Origin: Alphaproteobacteria bacterium
GTDB taxonomy: Bacteria; Pseudomonadota; Alphaproteobacteria; MPNO01
Direction: 5' to 3'
Length of the DNA stretch: 64,000 nt
NCBI GenBank assembly: GCA_964291675.2
Contig: OZ219866.1
Span: 1,888,001-1,952,000 of the forward strand
In this document: one piece after another, positions 20,891 through 30,291 of the stretch
Layout of the letters: the number at the start of each line of letters is the position of its first letter
How positions within the stretch are numbered: the stretch's first letter is position 1
The notes under the pieces: generated by a model
What the model saw: only the letters and a program-made list of their open reading frames with translations
What the model was told of the DNA's origin: nothing
Databases searched by the model: none
Position numbers and translations under genes: made by a program

Positions 20891-22786
20891 CTACTGACAG
20901 GCGAGGCACTCTTCGTAGTCGTTGGCCGACGCTTCCGCGGCGGCCTGGCCGTTGGCCGCGCCGACCGGCACCGGGGTCTCGGCGCGGGCCCGCGCAGCCC
21001 CGTTGCCGATGACCGCGACGTCGACCCTGTTGGCCACCTTGTCGGCGCGCTGGATCGAGCGCGAGCGGCAATAGTAGAGCGACTTCACGCCCTTCTTCCA
21101 GGCCTGGAAGTGGATGTCGTGCAGGGTCTTCTTGTGCACGTCGGCCGGCAGGAACACGTTGAGCGACTGCGACTGGCAGACGAACGGCGCGCGGTCCGCC
21201 GCGAAGTCGATCAGCCAGCGCTGGTCGACCTCGAACGCGGTCTTGAAGATCGCCTTCTCGTCGTCCGAGAGGAAGTCGAGATGGGCGACCGAGCCCTCGT
21301 TGACGGTGATCGAGGTCCAGACGTCGTCGGTGTCCCTGCCCTTCGCGGCGAGCAGCGCCTTGAGGTACTTGTTGCGCACGCTGAACGAGCCCGACAGGGT
21401 CTTGTGGGTGAAGGCGTTGGCCACGTTGGGCTCGATCCCCGGCGAGCAGCCGCCGCAGATGATCGAGATCGAGGCGGTCGGCGCGATCGCCAGCTTGTTG
21501 GAGAAGCGCTCCTCGAAGCCGTAATCGGCGGCGTCCGGGCACGGCCCGCGCTCGGCGGCGAGCGCCCGCGAGGCGGCGTCGGCATGGCCCCTGATGTGGC
21601 GGAAGATGTTGCGGTTCCACGCCTTGGCCGCGGCCGATTCGATCGGCACGTTCTGGCTCTGCAGGAAGGAGTGGAAGCCCATCACCCCGAGCCCGACCGA
21701 GCGCTCGCGGCTCGCCGCGTAGCGCGCCCGCGACATGCTGTCCGGCGCGCTCTCGATGAAGTCGTCGAGCACGTTGTCGAGGAAGCGCATCACGTCCTCG
21801 ATGAACAGCGGATCGTTGCGCCATTCGAGGAAGGTCTCGAGGTTGAGCGAGGACAGGCAGCACACCGCCGTGCGCTCCTCGCCGTGATGGTCGGGGCCGG
21901 TCGGCAGCGTGATCTCGCTGCACAGATTCGACATGCGGACCTGGAGCCCGGCGAGCTTGTGGTGCTCGGGCGCGGCGCGGTTCACGTGGTCGATGAAGAT
22001 GAAATAGGGCTCGCCGGTCTCGATCCGGCTGGTCAGCAGGCGGATCCACAGCGCGCGCGCCCCGATGCGGCGCACCACCGTCTTGTCCTTGGGGCTGATC
22101 AGCGCCCATTCCTCGTCGTTCTCGACCGCGCGCATGAAGGCGTCGGTGATCACCACCCCGTGATGCAGGTTGAGCGCCTTGCGGTTGGGGTCGCCGCCGG
22201 TGGGGCGGCGGATCTCGATGAACTCCTCGATCTCGGGGTGGTCGATGCCGATATAGACCGCCGCCGAGCCGCGCCTGAGCGAGCCCTGCGAGATCGCCAG
22301 CGTCAGCGAATCCATCACCCGGATGAACGGGATGATGCCCGAGGTCTTGCCGTTGGCGCTGACCTTCTCGCCGATCGAGCGCAGATTGCCCCAGTAGCTG
22401 CCGATGCCGCCGCCGCGCGCGGCGAGCCAGACATTCTCGTTCCACAGATCGACGATGCCGTCGAGGCTGTCGGACGCCTCGTTGAGGAAGCACGAGATCG
22501 GCAGGCCGCGCACCGTGCCGCCGTTCGACAGCACCGGCGTCGACGGCATGAACCAGAGCCGCGACATGTAGTCGTACAGCCGCTGCGCGTGCCCGGAATC
22601 GTCGCCGTAATGCGAGCTCACCCGGTAGAACAGGTCCTGGTAGCTCTCGCCCGGCAGCAGATAGCGGTCGTCCAGCACCGCCCTGCCGAACCCGGTCAGC
22701 AGGGCGTCCCGGTCGCGATCGATCTCGACCGCGACGTCGCGCCTGGACTGAAGCAGGTCAAGCTTCGAGGAAACCAGATCTAGCAC
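20891..22786 (-). CDS. nrdA: Class Ia ribonucleotide reductase alpha subunit (no ATP cone)
   Basis: PISCFL, SNLCSEI, AIAPTAS, KSLYYCR and C-terminal CLAC. Confidence 0.95.
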   Translation of the reverse strand: MLDLVSSKLDLLQSRRDVAVEIDRDRDALLTGFGRAVLDDRYLLPGESYQDLFYRVSSHYGDDSGHAQRLYDYMSRLWFMPSTPVLSNGGTVRGLPISCFLNEASDSLDGIVDLWNENVWLAARGGGIGSYWGNLRSIGEKVSANGKTSGIIPFIRVMDSLTLAISQGSLRRGSAAVYIGIDHPEIEEFIEIRRPTGGDPNRKALNLHHGVVITDAFMRAVENDEEWALISPKDKTVVRRIGARALWIRLLTSRIETGEPYFIFIDHVNRAAPEHHKLAGLQVRMSNLCSEITLPTGPDHHGEERTAVCCLSSLNLETFLEWRNDPLFIEDVMRFLDNVLDDFIESAPDSMSRARYAASRERSVGLGVMGFHSFLQSQNVPIESAAAKAWNRNIFRHIRGHADAASRALAAERGPCPDAADYGFEERFSNKLAIAPTASISIICGGCSPGIEPNVANAFTHKTLSGSFSVRNKYLKALLAAKGRDTDDVWTSITVNEGSVAHLDFLSDDEKAIFKTAFEVDQRWLIDFAADRAPFVCQSQSLNVFLPADVHKKTLHDIHFQAWKKGVKSLYYCRSRSIQRADKVANRVDVAVIGNGAARARAETPVPVGAANGQAAAEASANDYEECLACQ

Positions 22787-22879
22787 CCGTCACCCCCCGC
22801 CGTTATCCGGCCCGTTTGCGGATCTGCGAAACGGCGCCGAAAACGAATCGGTTGCCGAAGCACCGCGAACCCCCAGCTT

Positions 22880-22927
22880 GCACAAGAAATTGTGGTCTCG
22901 CAAGAACAAACCTACCAAACATTGTGT
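22880..22927. promoter_or_regulatory. Tandem NrdR boxes
   Basis: GCACAAGAAATTGTGG (22880) and CTACCAAACATTGTGT (22912), 32 bp apart upstream of nrdA. Confidence 0.7.
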
Positions 22928-23060
22928 TATGCACGGCGACGAATTCCCCTGTTCGAATCCAATATTCGTCATTTGTTCGTCAATTGTACCAGCTAGGTTC
23001 GACGGCACAAGCTGTCGTTCGCCCTCTGTTCCGATTCGAATTGCGTGAATCCCGGGGATA

Positions 23061-23080
23061 GACCACAAGATATTGTGGTC
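23061..23080. promoter_or_regulatory. NrdR box (strong palindrome)
   Basis: GACCACAAGATATTGTGGTC. Confidence 0.7.
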
Positions 23081-23093
23081 GGGCGAACGCCCC

Positions 23094-25427
23094 TCAAGTC
23101 GCCGGATCGGCGCGGCACATCCGGGCCAGCGCGTCCGGGCGGATCGGGATCTCCGTCACCTCGACCGCGAAGGGGGCGAGCGCGTCCTCGACCGCCGCGG
23201 CGACCGCCGCGGCCGCCGGCACGGTGCCGCTCTCGCCCACCCCCTTGACGCCGAGCGGGTTCAGGCCGGTCGGCGATTCGAGGTGCCGGATGGCGATCGG
23301 CGGCAGCTCGACGGCGCCGGCGATCGTGTAGTCGGCGAGCGTCGCGGTGAGCGGCTGCGCCTCGCCGTCGAAGACGATGCGCTCCAGGATCGCGGTGCCG
23401 ATTCCGTGCGCGACGCCGCCCCGTACCTGGCCGTCGACGATCAGCGGGTTGATCATGCGCCCGCAATCGTGCACCACGACGTAGCGCAGGATCGCCACGT
23501 GTCCGGTCTCCGGATCGGCCTCGACCTCGGCGACGTGGCATCCGTTGGCGTAGCTCAGCGCATCGAAGGGCAGCGCCGCGGTGGCCTCCAGCCCGGGGGA
23601 GGCGCCGGCGGGGAGCGCGTAGCCGGGCGTGCCGTAGACCGCGTTGGCGAGCTCGCCGAAGCCGACGGAGAGCTCCGCCACGCCGCGCACCCGGGCGCAC
23701 CCGTCGACGAGCTCGATGTCGTCGGGCGCCGCTTCGAGGCGTAGCGCGGCGAGGCTGCGCAGCTTGTCCGCCACCTCGCTTGCCGCCGTCAGCGCCGACG
23801 AGCCGGCATTGACCGCCTGGCGGCTGGCCGAGGCGCCGATGCCGATCGCCATCGCGGCGGTATCGCCCATCACGATGTCGATCGACGCGGGGTCGACGCC
23901 GAGCCTGTCGGCGCAGATCTGCGCCAGCATGGTCCGCGTCCCCTGGCCGATCGCCGTCGCGCCGGTGACCAGGCTCACCCGCCCCGACGGGGCGACGCGC
24001 ACCGTCACCGCCTCGAACGGGCCGCGCCCGGTCCCCTTGACGTAGTTGGCGAGCCCGATGCCGAGATGGCGCCCTTCGGCGCGCGCCGCCGCCTGCCGCG
24101 CCCGGAACCCGTCCATCCCGGCGGCGTCCAGCGCGGCGTCGAGGCAGGCCGGGTAGTCGCCGCTGTCGAGCACGATGCCCGAGCCGCTGCGCGTCGCAAG
24201 CGGCCGCGCATAGGGCATCTCCTCGGCGGCGATGAAGTTGCGCCGCCGCACCTCCTCGCGCGCCAGCCCGGTTGCGGCGGCGATGCGGTCGACGATGCGC
24301 TCCATCGCGAAGATCCCCTGCGGATGCCCGGCGCCGCGCACCGGTGTGGTGGGCACCTTGTTGGTCACCGCCACCCGCACCCGCATCCGGTAGGCCGGCA
24401 AACGGTAGGGGCCGGGCACCACGGTCGCGGCGTTGTAGGAGAGGTTCAGCCCGCGCGCGGTATAGGCGCCGTGGTCGTGGATCATCTCGCCGCGCAGGGC
24501 GAGCAGGCGGCCGTCCGCGTCGGTCGCCGCCTCCATCTCCCAGTACTGGTCGCGCTCCTGGGTGGTGGCGGTGAAGTGCTCGCGCCGGTCCTCGATCCAC
24601 TTGACCGGACGGCCGAGACGCCGCGCCGCGTGGGCGATCACGATGTCCTCGGGGTAGACCACGAGCTTGGGCCCGAAGCCGCCGCCGAGATCGGCGGCGC
24701 GGACCGCGATCCGGCTCTCGTCGAGCCCGAGCGTCGCCACCAGGGCGCGCAGCGCGCCATGCGGCGCCTGGCTCGACAGAAACAGCGTCAGCCGGTCGTC
24801 GAGCGGGTCGGGTACGGCGACGGCGCCGCGGCACTCGATGGCGAGGCCGAGCCCCTTGTGCTGCTTCAGCGAGACCCGCACGCGATGGGCGGCGGCGGCG
24901 AAACCCGCCTCGACGTCGCCATAGCCGATCTCGTACTCGGCGAGCAGGTTGTCGTCGAGATGGCGATGCGCGCGGGGCGCGCCCTCGGCCAGCGCCTCGC
25001 TGCAGTCGGAGGCGGCGGGCAGGGCGCGGTAGTCGATTTCGACCGCCGCGGCCGCGTCCTCGGCGGCGTAGCGGCTGTCGGCCAAGACCACGGCGACCGG
25101 CTCGCCGACATGGCAGACCTCGTCCCGGGCGAGGATCTGGCGGTCCAGTATGTGGCGGTAGGACGGGCTCGGGAGCGCCGTCACCAGCCGTTCGGCGGCG
25201 AGATGCGGCGCGATCTCGGCATGGCCCAGCACCGCCGCCACCCCGGGCCGCGCGGCGGCGGCCGCGCTGTCGATGCCGGCGATCCCGGCATGGGCGAAGG
25301 GGCTGCGGACGAACGCCGCGTGCAGCATCCCCGGCAGGCCGATGTCGTCGACGAAGCGCCCGGCGCCGCGCAAGAGCGCCGGGTCCTCCAGCCGCTTGAT
25401 CGGCTTGCCGATCAGCGTGGAGCTCAG
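23094..25427 (-). CDS. Xanthine dehydrogenase/CoxL-family molybdopterin-binding subunit; start possibly CTG
   Basis: IGKPIKRLEDPALLRG, LGGGFGPK, GQGTRT and KGVGESG; active-site loop VRGAGHPQ. Confidence 0.88.
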   Translation of the reverse strand: MSSTLIGKPIKRLEDPALLRGAGRFVDDIGLPGMLHAAFVRSPFAHAGIAGIDSAAAAARPGVAAVLGHAEIAPHLAAERLVTALPSPSYRHILDRQILARDEVCHVGEPVAVVLADSRYAAEDAAAAVEIDYRALPAASDCSEALAEGAPRAHRHLDDNLLAEYEIGYGDVEAGFAAAAHRVRVSLKQHKGLGLAIECRGAVAVPDPLDDRLTLFLSSQAPHGALRALVATLGLDESRIAVRAADLGGGFGPKLVVYPEDIVIAHAARRLGRPVKWIEDRREHFTATTQERDQYWEMEAATDADGRLLALRGEMIHDHGAYTARGLNLSYNAATVVPGPYRLPAYRMRVRVAVTNKVPTTPVRGAGHPQGIFAMERIVDRIAAATGLAREEVRRRNFIAAEEMPYARPLATRSGSGIVLDSGDYPACLDAALDAAGMDGFRARQAAARAEGRHLGIGLANYVKGTGRGPFEAVTVRVAPSGRVSLVTGATAIGQGTRTMLAQICADRLGVDPASIDIVMGDTAAMAIGIGASASRQAVNAGSSALTAASEVADKLRSLAALRLEAAPDDIELVDGCARVRGVAELSVGFGELANAVYGTPGYALPAGASPGLEATAALPFDALSYANGCHVAEVEADPETGHVAILRYVVVHDCGRMINPLIVDGQVRGGVAHGIGTAILERIVFDGEAQPLTATLADYTIAGAVELPPIAIRHLESPTGLNPLGVKGVGESGTVPAAAAVAAAVEDALAPFAVEVTEIPIRPDALARMCRADPAT

Positions 25428-25894
25428 CTCTCCCGCCCCCGCTCGGTGACCACGCGCTCGAACGCCGCCAGGGTCTCCTCGCTGACATGGTGCTCCAGGC
25501 CCTCGGCATCGGCGCGCGCCGCGTCCTCGCTGACGCCGATCGCCTGGAGGAAGGCGACCACGATCTGGTGCCGCCGCCGCGAGGCCTCGGCGATGCGCCG
25601 CCCCTCGTCGGTCAGGAAAATCGCGCGATAGGGCTGGGTGGTGACCAGCCCGCTCTGCTGCAGCCGCGCGACCGTCTTGGTGACGCTCGCATGGGTCACG
25701 CCGAGCCGGCGCGAGATGTCGGCGGAGCGCGCCTCGCCGGTCGAGTCGATGAGGTCGGCGATCAGCTCGACATAGTCCTCGGCGATCTCGGTCTGACGCG
25801 CCAGCCGGGTCTGGCGGTGATGCCCGGCCTGCTCGTCGGGCTCGACGAGCACCGGCGCCACCTTCGCCGGCCTCCTGCGCGTGTCCTTCGCCAC
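25424..25894 (-). CDS. mntR: Manganese-dependent transcriptional regulator (DtxR/MntR)
   Basis: EIAEDYVELIADLI, PYRAIFLT, RRRHQIV and ADAEGLEHHVS. Confidence 0.9.
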   Translation of the reverse strand: MAKDTRRRPAKVAPVLVEPDEQAGHHRQTRLARQTEIAEDYVELIADLIDSTGEARSADISRRLGVTHASVTKTVARLQQSGLVTTQPYRAIFLTDEGRRIAEASRRRHQIVVAFLQAIGVSEDAARADAEGLEHHVSEETLAAFERVVTERGRES

Positions 25895-25946
25895 CCGGGT
25901 CCCCCGCCTTGCCGCGCCGCGCCGACTATGCCGGAGCGCGAGCCGC

Positions 25947-25992
25947 TTGACAATTCTGGGCCGGGGCCAAATAAGTTAGCCATGGTTAAACA
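25947..25992 (+). promoter_or_regulatory. Sigma70-like promoter overlapped by MntR-like operator
   Basis: TTGACA at 25947; near-palindrome AAGTTAGC-CATG-GTTAAACA (25973..25992) resembles the TAGC-N4-GCTA MntR box. Confidence 0.65.
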
Positions 25993-26016
25993 GTTCAGCG
26001 CGGGGAAAGACTGACA

Positions 26017-27849
26017 TTGGCACGCAACCGGGTTCGGGGGACGGCCCGGCCGGCGGCCGCGCTGCTCTGCCTCGCCGTCCTGCTGGCGGGCACGGCCTCG
26101 GCCCATGTGGCGAGCCGCGCCGAGTGGCACCCGCTGGCCGCCGCCTATCTCGACGCGGTGTTCGCGAGCCGGATCGACCCGGTCGACTGGCGGGGGATCG
26201 CGCGGCGCTACGACGGCACCGATCCGGCGTTCCGCCATGTCGGTTCCGAGCCGGCCTTCGCCGCGCTCGCCCGGCTCGCCCGCTTCGCCGGGACCGATCC
26301 CGGCGCGGCGATCCGCCGGGCGATCGCCGCGCGCGACGCAGGCGCGCTGAGGCAGGCGGCGGCGCGGGCCAACGCGACCGCGCTCCGCGCCGGGCTGGAG
26401 AGGGTTCGCGGGCTGCTGAACAGGCCGCGCGAGGCGCGCGCCGAGCTTCGTTCCGCCCGCCTCCTCTATCGCGGCTTCGAGACCGGCCTGCGCGCCCGCG
26501 ATCCGGCGGCGCACCGGCGTCTCGGGCTCGCCTGGCTCTCCCTCGCCACCCTGCTCTCCGGCGGGCAAAACGGGGCGGAGGCGGAACGCCTGATCGGCTT
26601 GCTGGCGGGCGAGATCCGCGCCCGGTTCGAGGCGGCGGCGCCGCCCTTGCCGCCATCCGCCCGGCTGCCGCCGGGCGGCGCGCTGGTCGAGCAGCGGCCG
26701 CTGCCCCGCGCGGTGCTCAATTTCGAGCGGCGCGGGGTGGAAGAGAAGACGCTCTTCCTCGTCGCCTATGGCGACATGCTGTTCGATTCGCCGGAAATTT
26801 TCGGCGCGCCGGCCCGCAGCCTCGGCCTCGCCTGCTCGTCCTGCCACAACCGGGGCGACGTCAACCGGGCGCTGTTCGTCCCCGGGCTCAGCCGCCGCCC
26901 CGGCGGGATCGACGTCGACAACGGCTTCTTCAACCCGCGCGGCAATGACCGGCGGTTCGACCCGCTGGACACGCCGAGCCTGCGCGGCATCCGCTTCACC
27001 GCGCCCTACGGGCGGGACGGGCGCACGGCGAGCCTGCGCGAATTCGTCCGCAACGTGATCGTCGGCGAGTTCGGCGGCGCGGAGCCGACCCCGCTGATGC
27101 TCGATGCCCTGCTCGCCTACATGAACGAGTTCGACTTCCTGCCGGCGCCGCTGCTGGCGCGCGACGGGCGCCTCAACGAGCGCGCGGGCGCGGCGGCGCG
27201 GCGCGGCGAGGCGATCTTCAACCGCCCCTTCCCCGGCATGGCGGGCCGGTCGTGTGCGACCTGCCACGTGCCGGACGGCAATTTCATCGACGGGCGGCGC
27301 CACGACATCGGCTCGGTCGCGGCCTCGATGCCCGGCGCCCGCGACGGCGCGCTGGATACCCCGACGCTCCTGGGCATCCGCTACACCGCGCCCTATTTCC
27401 ACGACGGCTCGCTGGCGACGCTCCCCGCCGTGGTCGCCTGGTTCGACCGGCGCTACCGCCTCGGCCTCGATGCGGGCGAGCGGGCCGACCTCGCGGCCTA
27501 TCTGGAGGCGGTCGGCACCGGGGAGCATCCCTTCGAGGCGTTCGACGGCACCAACACGCGCTTCCGGCTGGGCTTCGAGGAGGCTTCGACCTTCCTGTCG
27601 ACGCTGGACACGCTGATCCCGGCGCGCGACCGGCGCCATGCCTTGCTGCTGCTCGCCACCGTCGGCCGCGATCTGCGCTCCGATGCGGCGGCGATGGACA
27701 ACATCGCGGCGCTCGGCCGGGTGTCCGAGCTGGCCGCGAAGATCGACGCCATCTCGGACGCGGTCTCGGCGGAGGACTGGGCGGCGGCCGAGCGGCTGTG
27801 GGCCGGCTACAAGCAGGCGGAGGCGCGTCATGCGGCCGAGCTCTACTAG
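26017..27849 (+). CDS. Secreted di-heme cytochrome c peroxidase/MauG-like protein with extra helical domains
   Basis: Signal peptide ending ASA-H; CSSCH (~26833) and CATCH (~27253); DTPSLRGIRFTAPY and DTPTLLGIRYTAPYFHDGS. Confidence 0.8.
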   Translation: MARNRVRGTARPAAALLCLAVLLAGTASAHVASRAEWHPLAAAYLDAVFASRIDPVDWRGIARRYDGTDPAFRHVGSEPAFAALARLARFAGTDPGAAIRRAIAARDAGALRQAAARANATALRAGLERVRGLLNRPREARAELRSARLLYRGFETGLRARDPAAHRRLGLAWLSLATLLSGGQNGAEAERLIGLLAGEIRARFEAAAPPLPPSARLPPGGALVEQRPLPRAVLNFERRGVEEKTLFLVAYGDMLFDSPEIFGAPARSLGLACSSCHNRGDVNRALFVPGLSRRPGGIDVDNGFFNPRGNDRRFDPLDTPSLRGIRFTAPYGRDGRTASLREFVRNVIVGEFGGAEPTPLMLDALLAYMNEFDFLPAPLLARDGRLNERAGAAARRGEAIFNRPFPGMAGRSCATCHVPDGNFIDGRRHDIGSVAASMPGARDGALDTPTLLGIRYTAPYFHDGSLATLPAVVAWFDRRYRLGLDAGERADLAAYLEAVGTGEHPFEAFDGTNTRFRLGFEEASTFLSTLDTLIPARDRRHALLLLATVGRDLRSDAAAMDNIAALGRVSELAAKIDAISDAVSAEDWAAAERLWAGYKQAEARHAAELY

Positions 27850-28696
27850 GCGCCTCGCGCTCGCGCTTGCGCTCGCCGCGCTGGCCGCCTGGCCGGCGGC
27901 GGCGGACCGGCCGCTCACCGTCGCCTTCGTGCCGCAGGAGAACCCGGAGAAGCTGCTCGGCGACGTGCGCGCCATCGGCGCCTATCTGGAGGGCGCGACG
28001 GGACGGCGGATCGAGCCGCGCCTCACCATCGACCACGCGGCGGCGATCGAGAGCCTCGCGGCCGGGCGCGCCGACATCGCCTTCATGGGCGCGCTGCCCT
28101 ATGTGATGGCGCGCTCGCGCATCGGCGCGCGGGCGCTGCTGTCGGAGGTCTATCGCGGCAAGCCGAGCTACCGGGGCGCGGTGTTCGTGCGCCGGGATGG
28201 CGGGATCGCGCGGCTGGCGGAGTTGAGGGGCAAGTCCATCGCCTTCGCCGACCCGATCTCGGAATCGGGCTTCCTCTACCCGCTCGACCTGTTCGTCGAG
28301 GCCGGGCTGCTGGCCGCGCGCGACGACCCCAGGGCGTTTTTCGGCGAGGTCTATTTCGCGGGCGGCTACCAGCAGGCCATCCAGGCGGTGGCCAACGGGC
28401 TGGTCGACGCCGCCGGGGTGAGCATCTACGCGACGCTGCTGCTCGATGCCGGCCAGCGCGGCGCGGTCGCGGCGATCGCCCGCACGCCGCCGATCCCGTC
28501 CCATGTCGTGGTCGCCCGGGACGGGCTGGAGCCCGGCCTCCGCACCGCCTTCGTCGAGGCGATGCTGGGGCTCAACGCGCCCGCGAGGCGGCATCTGCTG
28601 AAACACGTCTATGGGCCGGACGGCTATGTCAGGCCGGACCACGCGGCCTATGACCGGGTCGCCGCGATGGCGCGCAAATACGGGCTGATCCGGTGA
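27830..28696 (+). CDS. PhnD/PtxB-fold ABC substrate-binding protein with non-canonical ligand residues
   Basis: Signal peptide; LRGKSIAFADPISESGFLYP and AVANGLVDAAG. Confidence 0.85.
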   Translation: MRPSSTRRLALALALAALAAWPAAADRPLTVAFVPQENPEKLLGDVRAIGAYLEGATGRRIEPRLTIDHAAAIESLAAGRADIAFMGALPYVMARSRIGARALLSEVYRGKPSYRGAVFVRRDGGIARLAELRGKSIAFADPISESGFLYPLDLFVEAGLLAARDDPRAFFGEVYFAGGYQQAIQAVANGLVDAAGVSIYATLLLDAGQRGAVAAIARTPPIPSHVVVARDGLEPGLRTAFVEAMLGLNAPARRHLLKHVYGPDGYVRPDHAAYDRVAAMARKYGLIR

Positions 28697-29517
28697 GCGC
28701 CGACGCGCTTCGCCTGTCGGGTCTCAGGGTCCGCTACGCCGCCGATGTGGAGGTTGCGCTGGCGATCGACGCGCTCGCGATCGCCGCCGGCGAACGCGTC
28801 GCGGTGATCGGGCCGAGCGGCTCCGGCAAGACCACGCTGTTGCGCGCGGTTCACGGGCTGGTCGCGCCGGAAGCCGGCACGGTCATGCTGGACGGCGTGG
28901 ACACGGCGTCGGCGGCGGCGCGCAGCCGCGTCTTCCGGCGCCGTCATGCCGCGGTGTTCCAGGAGTTCCAGCTCGTCGAGCGCGCCTCCGTGCTCGGCAA
29001 CGTGCTGTGCGGCCGGCTGGGCCACGCGCCGGTGCTGCCGAGCCTGCTCGGCCTGTTCGGCGCCGCCGACCGGGAGGCGGCGCTGGCGGCGATCGGGGCG
29101 ACCGGGCTCGGCGACTACCCGCGGCGCCGCGTCGACACACTGTCGGGCGGGCAGCGCCAGCGCGTCGCGGTCGCCCGCGCGCTCGCCCAGGCGCCGTCGC
29201 TGATCACCGCCGACGAGCCGGTCAGCAATCTCGACCCCGTCATCGCCGACGACATATTGCGCGCGCTCATGGGCTCGGCGCGCGATCACGCGATCACCGT
29301 GCTCGCCGCCGTGCATCACCCGGCGCTCGCCACCGCGCATGCCGACCGGGTGATCGGGCTCGCCGGGGGCGAGATCGTCCATGACAGCGCGGACGGCGCG
29401 CCGCTCGACGCATCGGCGCTCAGGCGGATCTACGGCCGCAGCGTGGCGCCGCAGATCGTCCAGGACGTGACGCCCCGCGAAGCCGGCGATGCGCGCTCCC
29501 CTCGCAACGTGGCGTAG
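28693..29517 (+). CDS. PhnC-like ABC ATPase
   Basis: GPSGSGKTT, LSGGQRQRV, ADEPVSNLDP and NVLCGRLG. Confidence 0.88.
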   Translation: MSADALRLSGLRVRYAADVEVALAIDALAIAAGERVAVIGPSGSGKTTLLRAVHGLVAPEAGTVMLDGVDTASAAARSRVFRRRHAAVFQEFQLVERASVLGNVLCGRLGHAPVLPSLLGLFGAADREAALAAIGATGLGDYPRRRVDTLSGGQRQRVAVARALAQAPSLITADEPVSNLDPVIADDILRALMGSARDHAITVLAAVHHPALATAHADRVIGLAGGEIVHDSADGAPLDASALRRIYGRSVAPQIVQDVTPREAGDARSPRNVA

Positions 29518-30265
29518 CAGCCTCGGCCGCGCGGCGGTGGCTCTCGGCATCGTCGTCGCGATCGCCTGGGCCTGGGCCGGGACCGGGTTCGATCCGGCCG
29601 CGCTCGGCATCGGCCTGCCCCGGCTCGGCGACTTCCTCGCCCGCATGGCGCCGCCCGATCTCAGCATCGCCGGCGTGGTGTTCCGGGCGATGCTGGAGAC
29701 GGTGCAGATCGCGCTGCTCGGCACCTTCCTCGGCGCTGTGCTCGCAATCGGGCTCGGCCTGCTGGCGGCCGCCAATTTGACGCCCGCCTGGGTCCACCAG
29801 CCGGTCAAATGGCTGCTCGGCGCGATCCGCGGAATCCCGGTGATCCTGCTCGCGCTGATGTTCGTCAGCGCCTACGGGCTCGGCCCGCTGCCCGGCGTGG
29901 CGGCGATCGCGCTGCATTCCTCGGGCATGCTGGGCAAGTTCTACGCCGAGGCGTTCGAGGCCGCCCGGCCCGGCCCGGTCGAGGCGCTGAGGACCGCCGG
30001 CGCGGCCTGGCCGCAGATCGTCCGCTTCGCGATGCTGCCCCAGATCGCCCCCGAGCTCGCCCGCGACACGCTGTTCCGCTTCGAGCTGAATCTGCGCGAA
30101 TCCCTGGTCCTCGGCCTGGTCGGCGCAGGCGGGATCGGCTTCTACATCCAGCTCTACGCCCGCGCATTCCACTACGACAAGGTGGCGACGCTGACGCTGG
30201 TCGTGCTGGCGATGGTGGTGCTGGTCGAGCAGGCGAGCGTGCTCGCACGGCGGCGGCTGAGCTGA
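29489..30265 (+). CDS. PhnE-like ABC permease
   Basis: GLGPLPG, GKFYAEAFE and FELNLRESLVLGLVGAGGIG. Confidence 0.88.
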   Translation: MRAPLATWRSSLGRAAVALGIVVAIAWAWAGTGFDPAALGIGLPRLGDFLARMAPPDLSIAGVVFRAMLETVQIALLGTFLGAVLAIGLGLLAAANLTPAWVHQPVKWLLGAIRGIPVILLALMFVSAYGLGPLPGVAAIALHSSGMLGKFYAEAFEAARPGPVEALRTAGAAWPQIVRFAMLPQIAPELARDTLFRFELNLRESLVLGLVGAGGIGFYIQLYARAFHYDKVATLTLVVLAMVVLVEQASVLARRRLS

Positions 30266-30291
30266 GCGAGGAGAGTCCGCGCGGCAACGCG

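Noticed and set aside
23094-25427. True aerobic CO dehydrogenase
   Set aside because: Lacks the AYxCSFR loop and adjacent coxM/coxS and accessory genes
27830-30265. Ordinary phosphonate/phosphite uptake (phnCDE or ptxABC)
   Set aside because: Not accepted as the default call: oxyanion-binding motifs are altered, no catabolic genes are nearby and the context is MntR; not formally excluded
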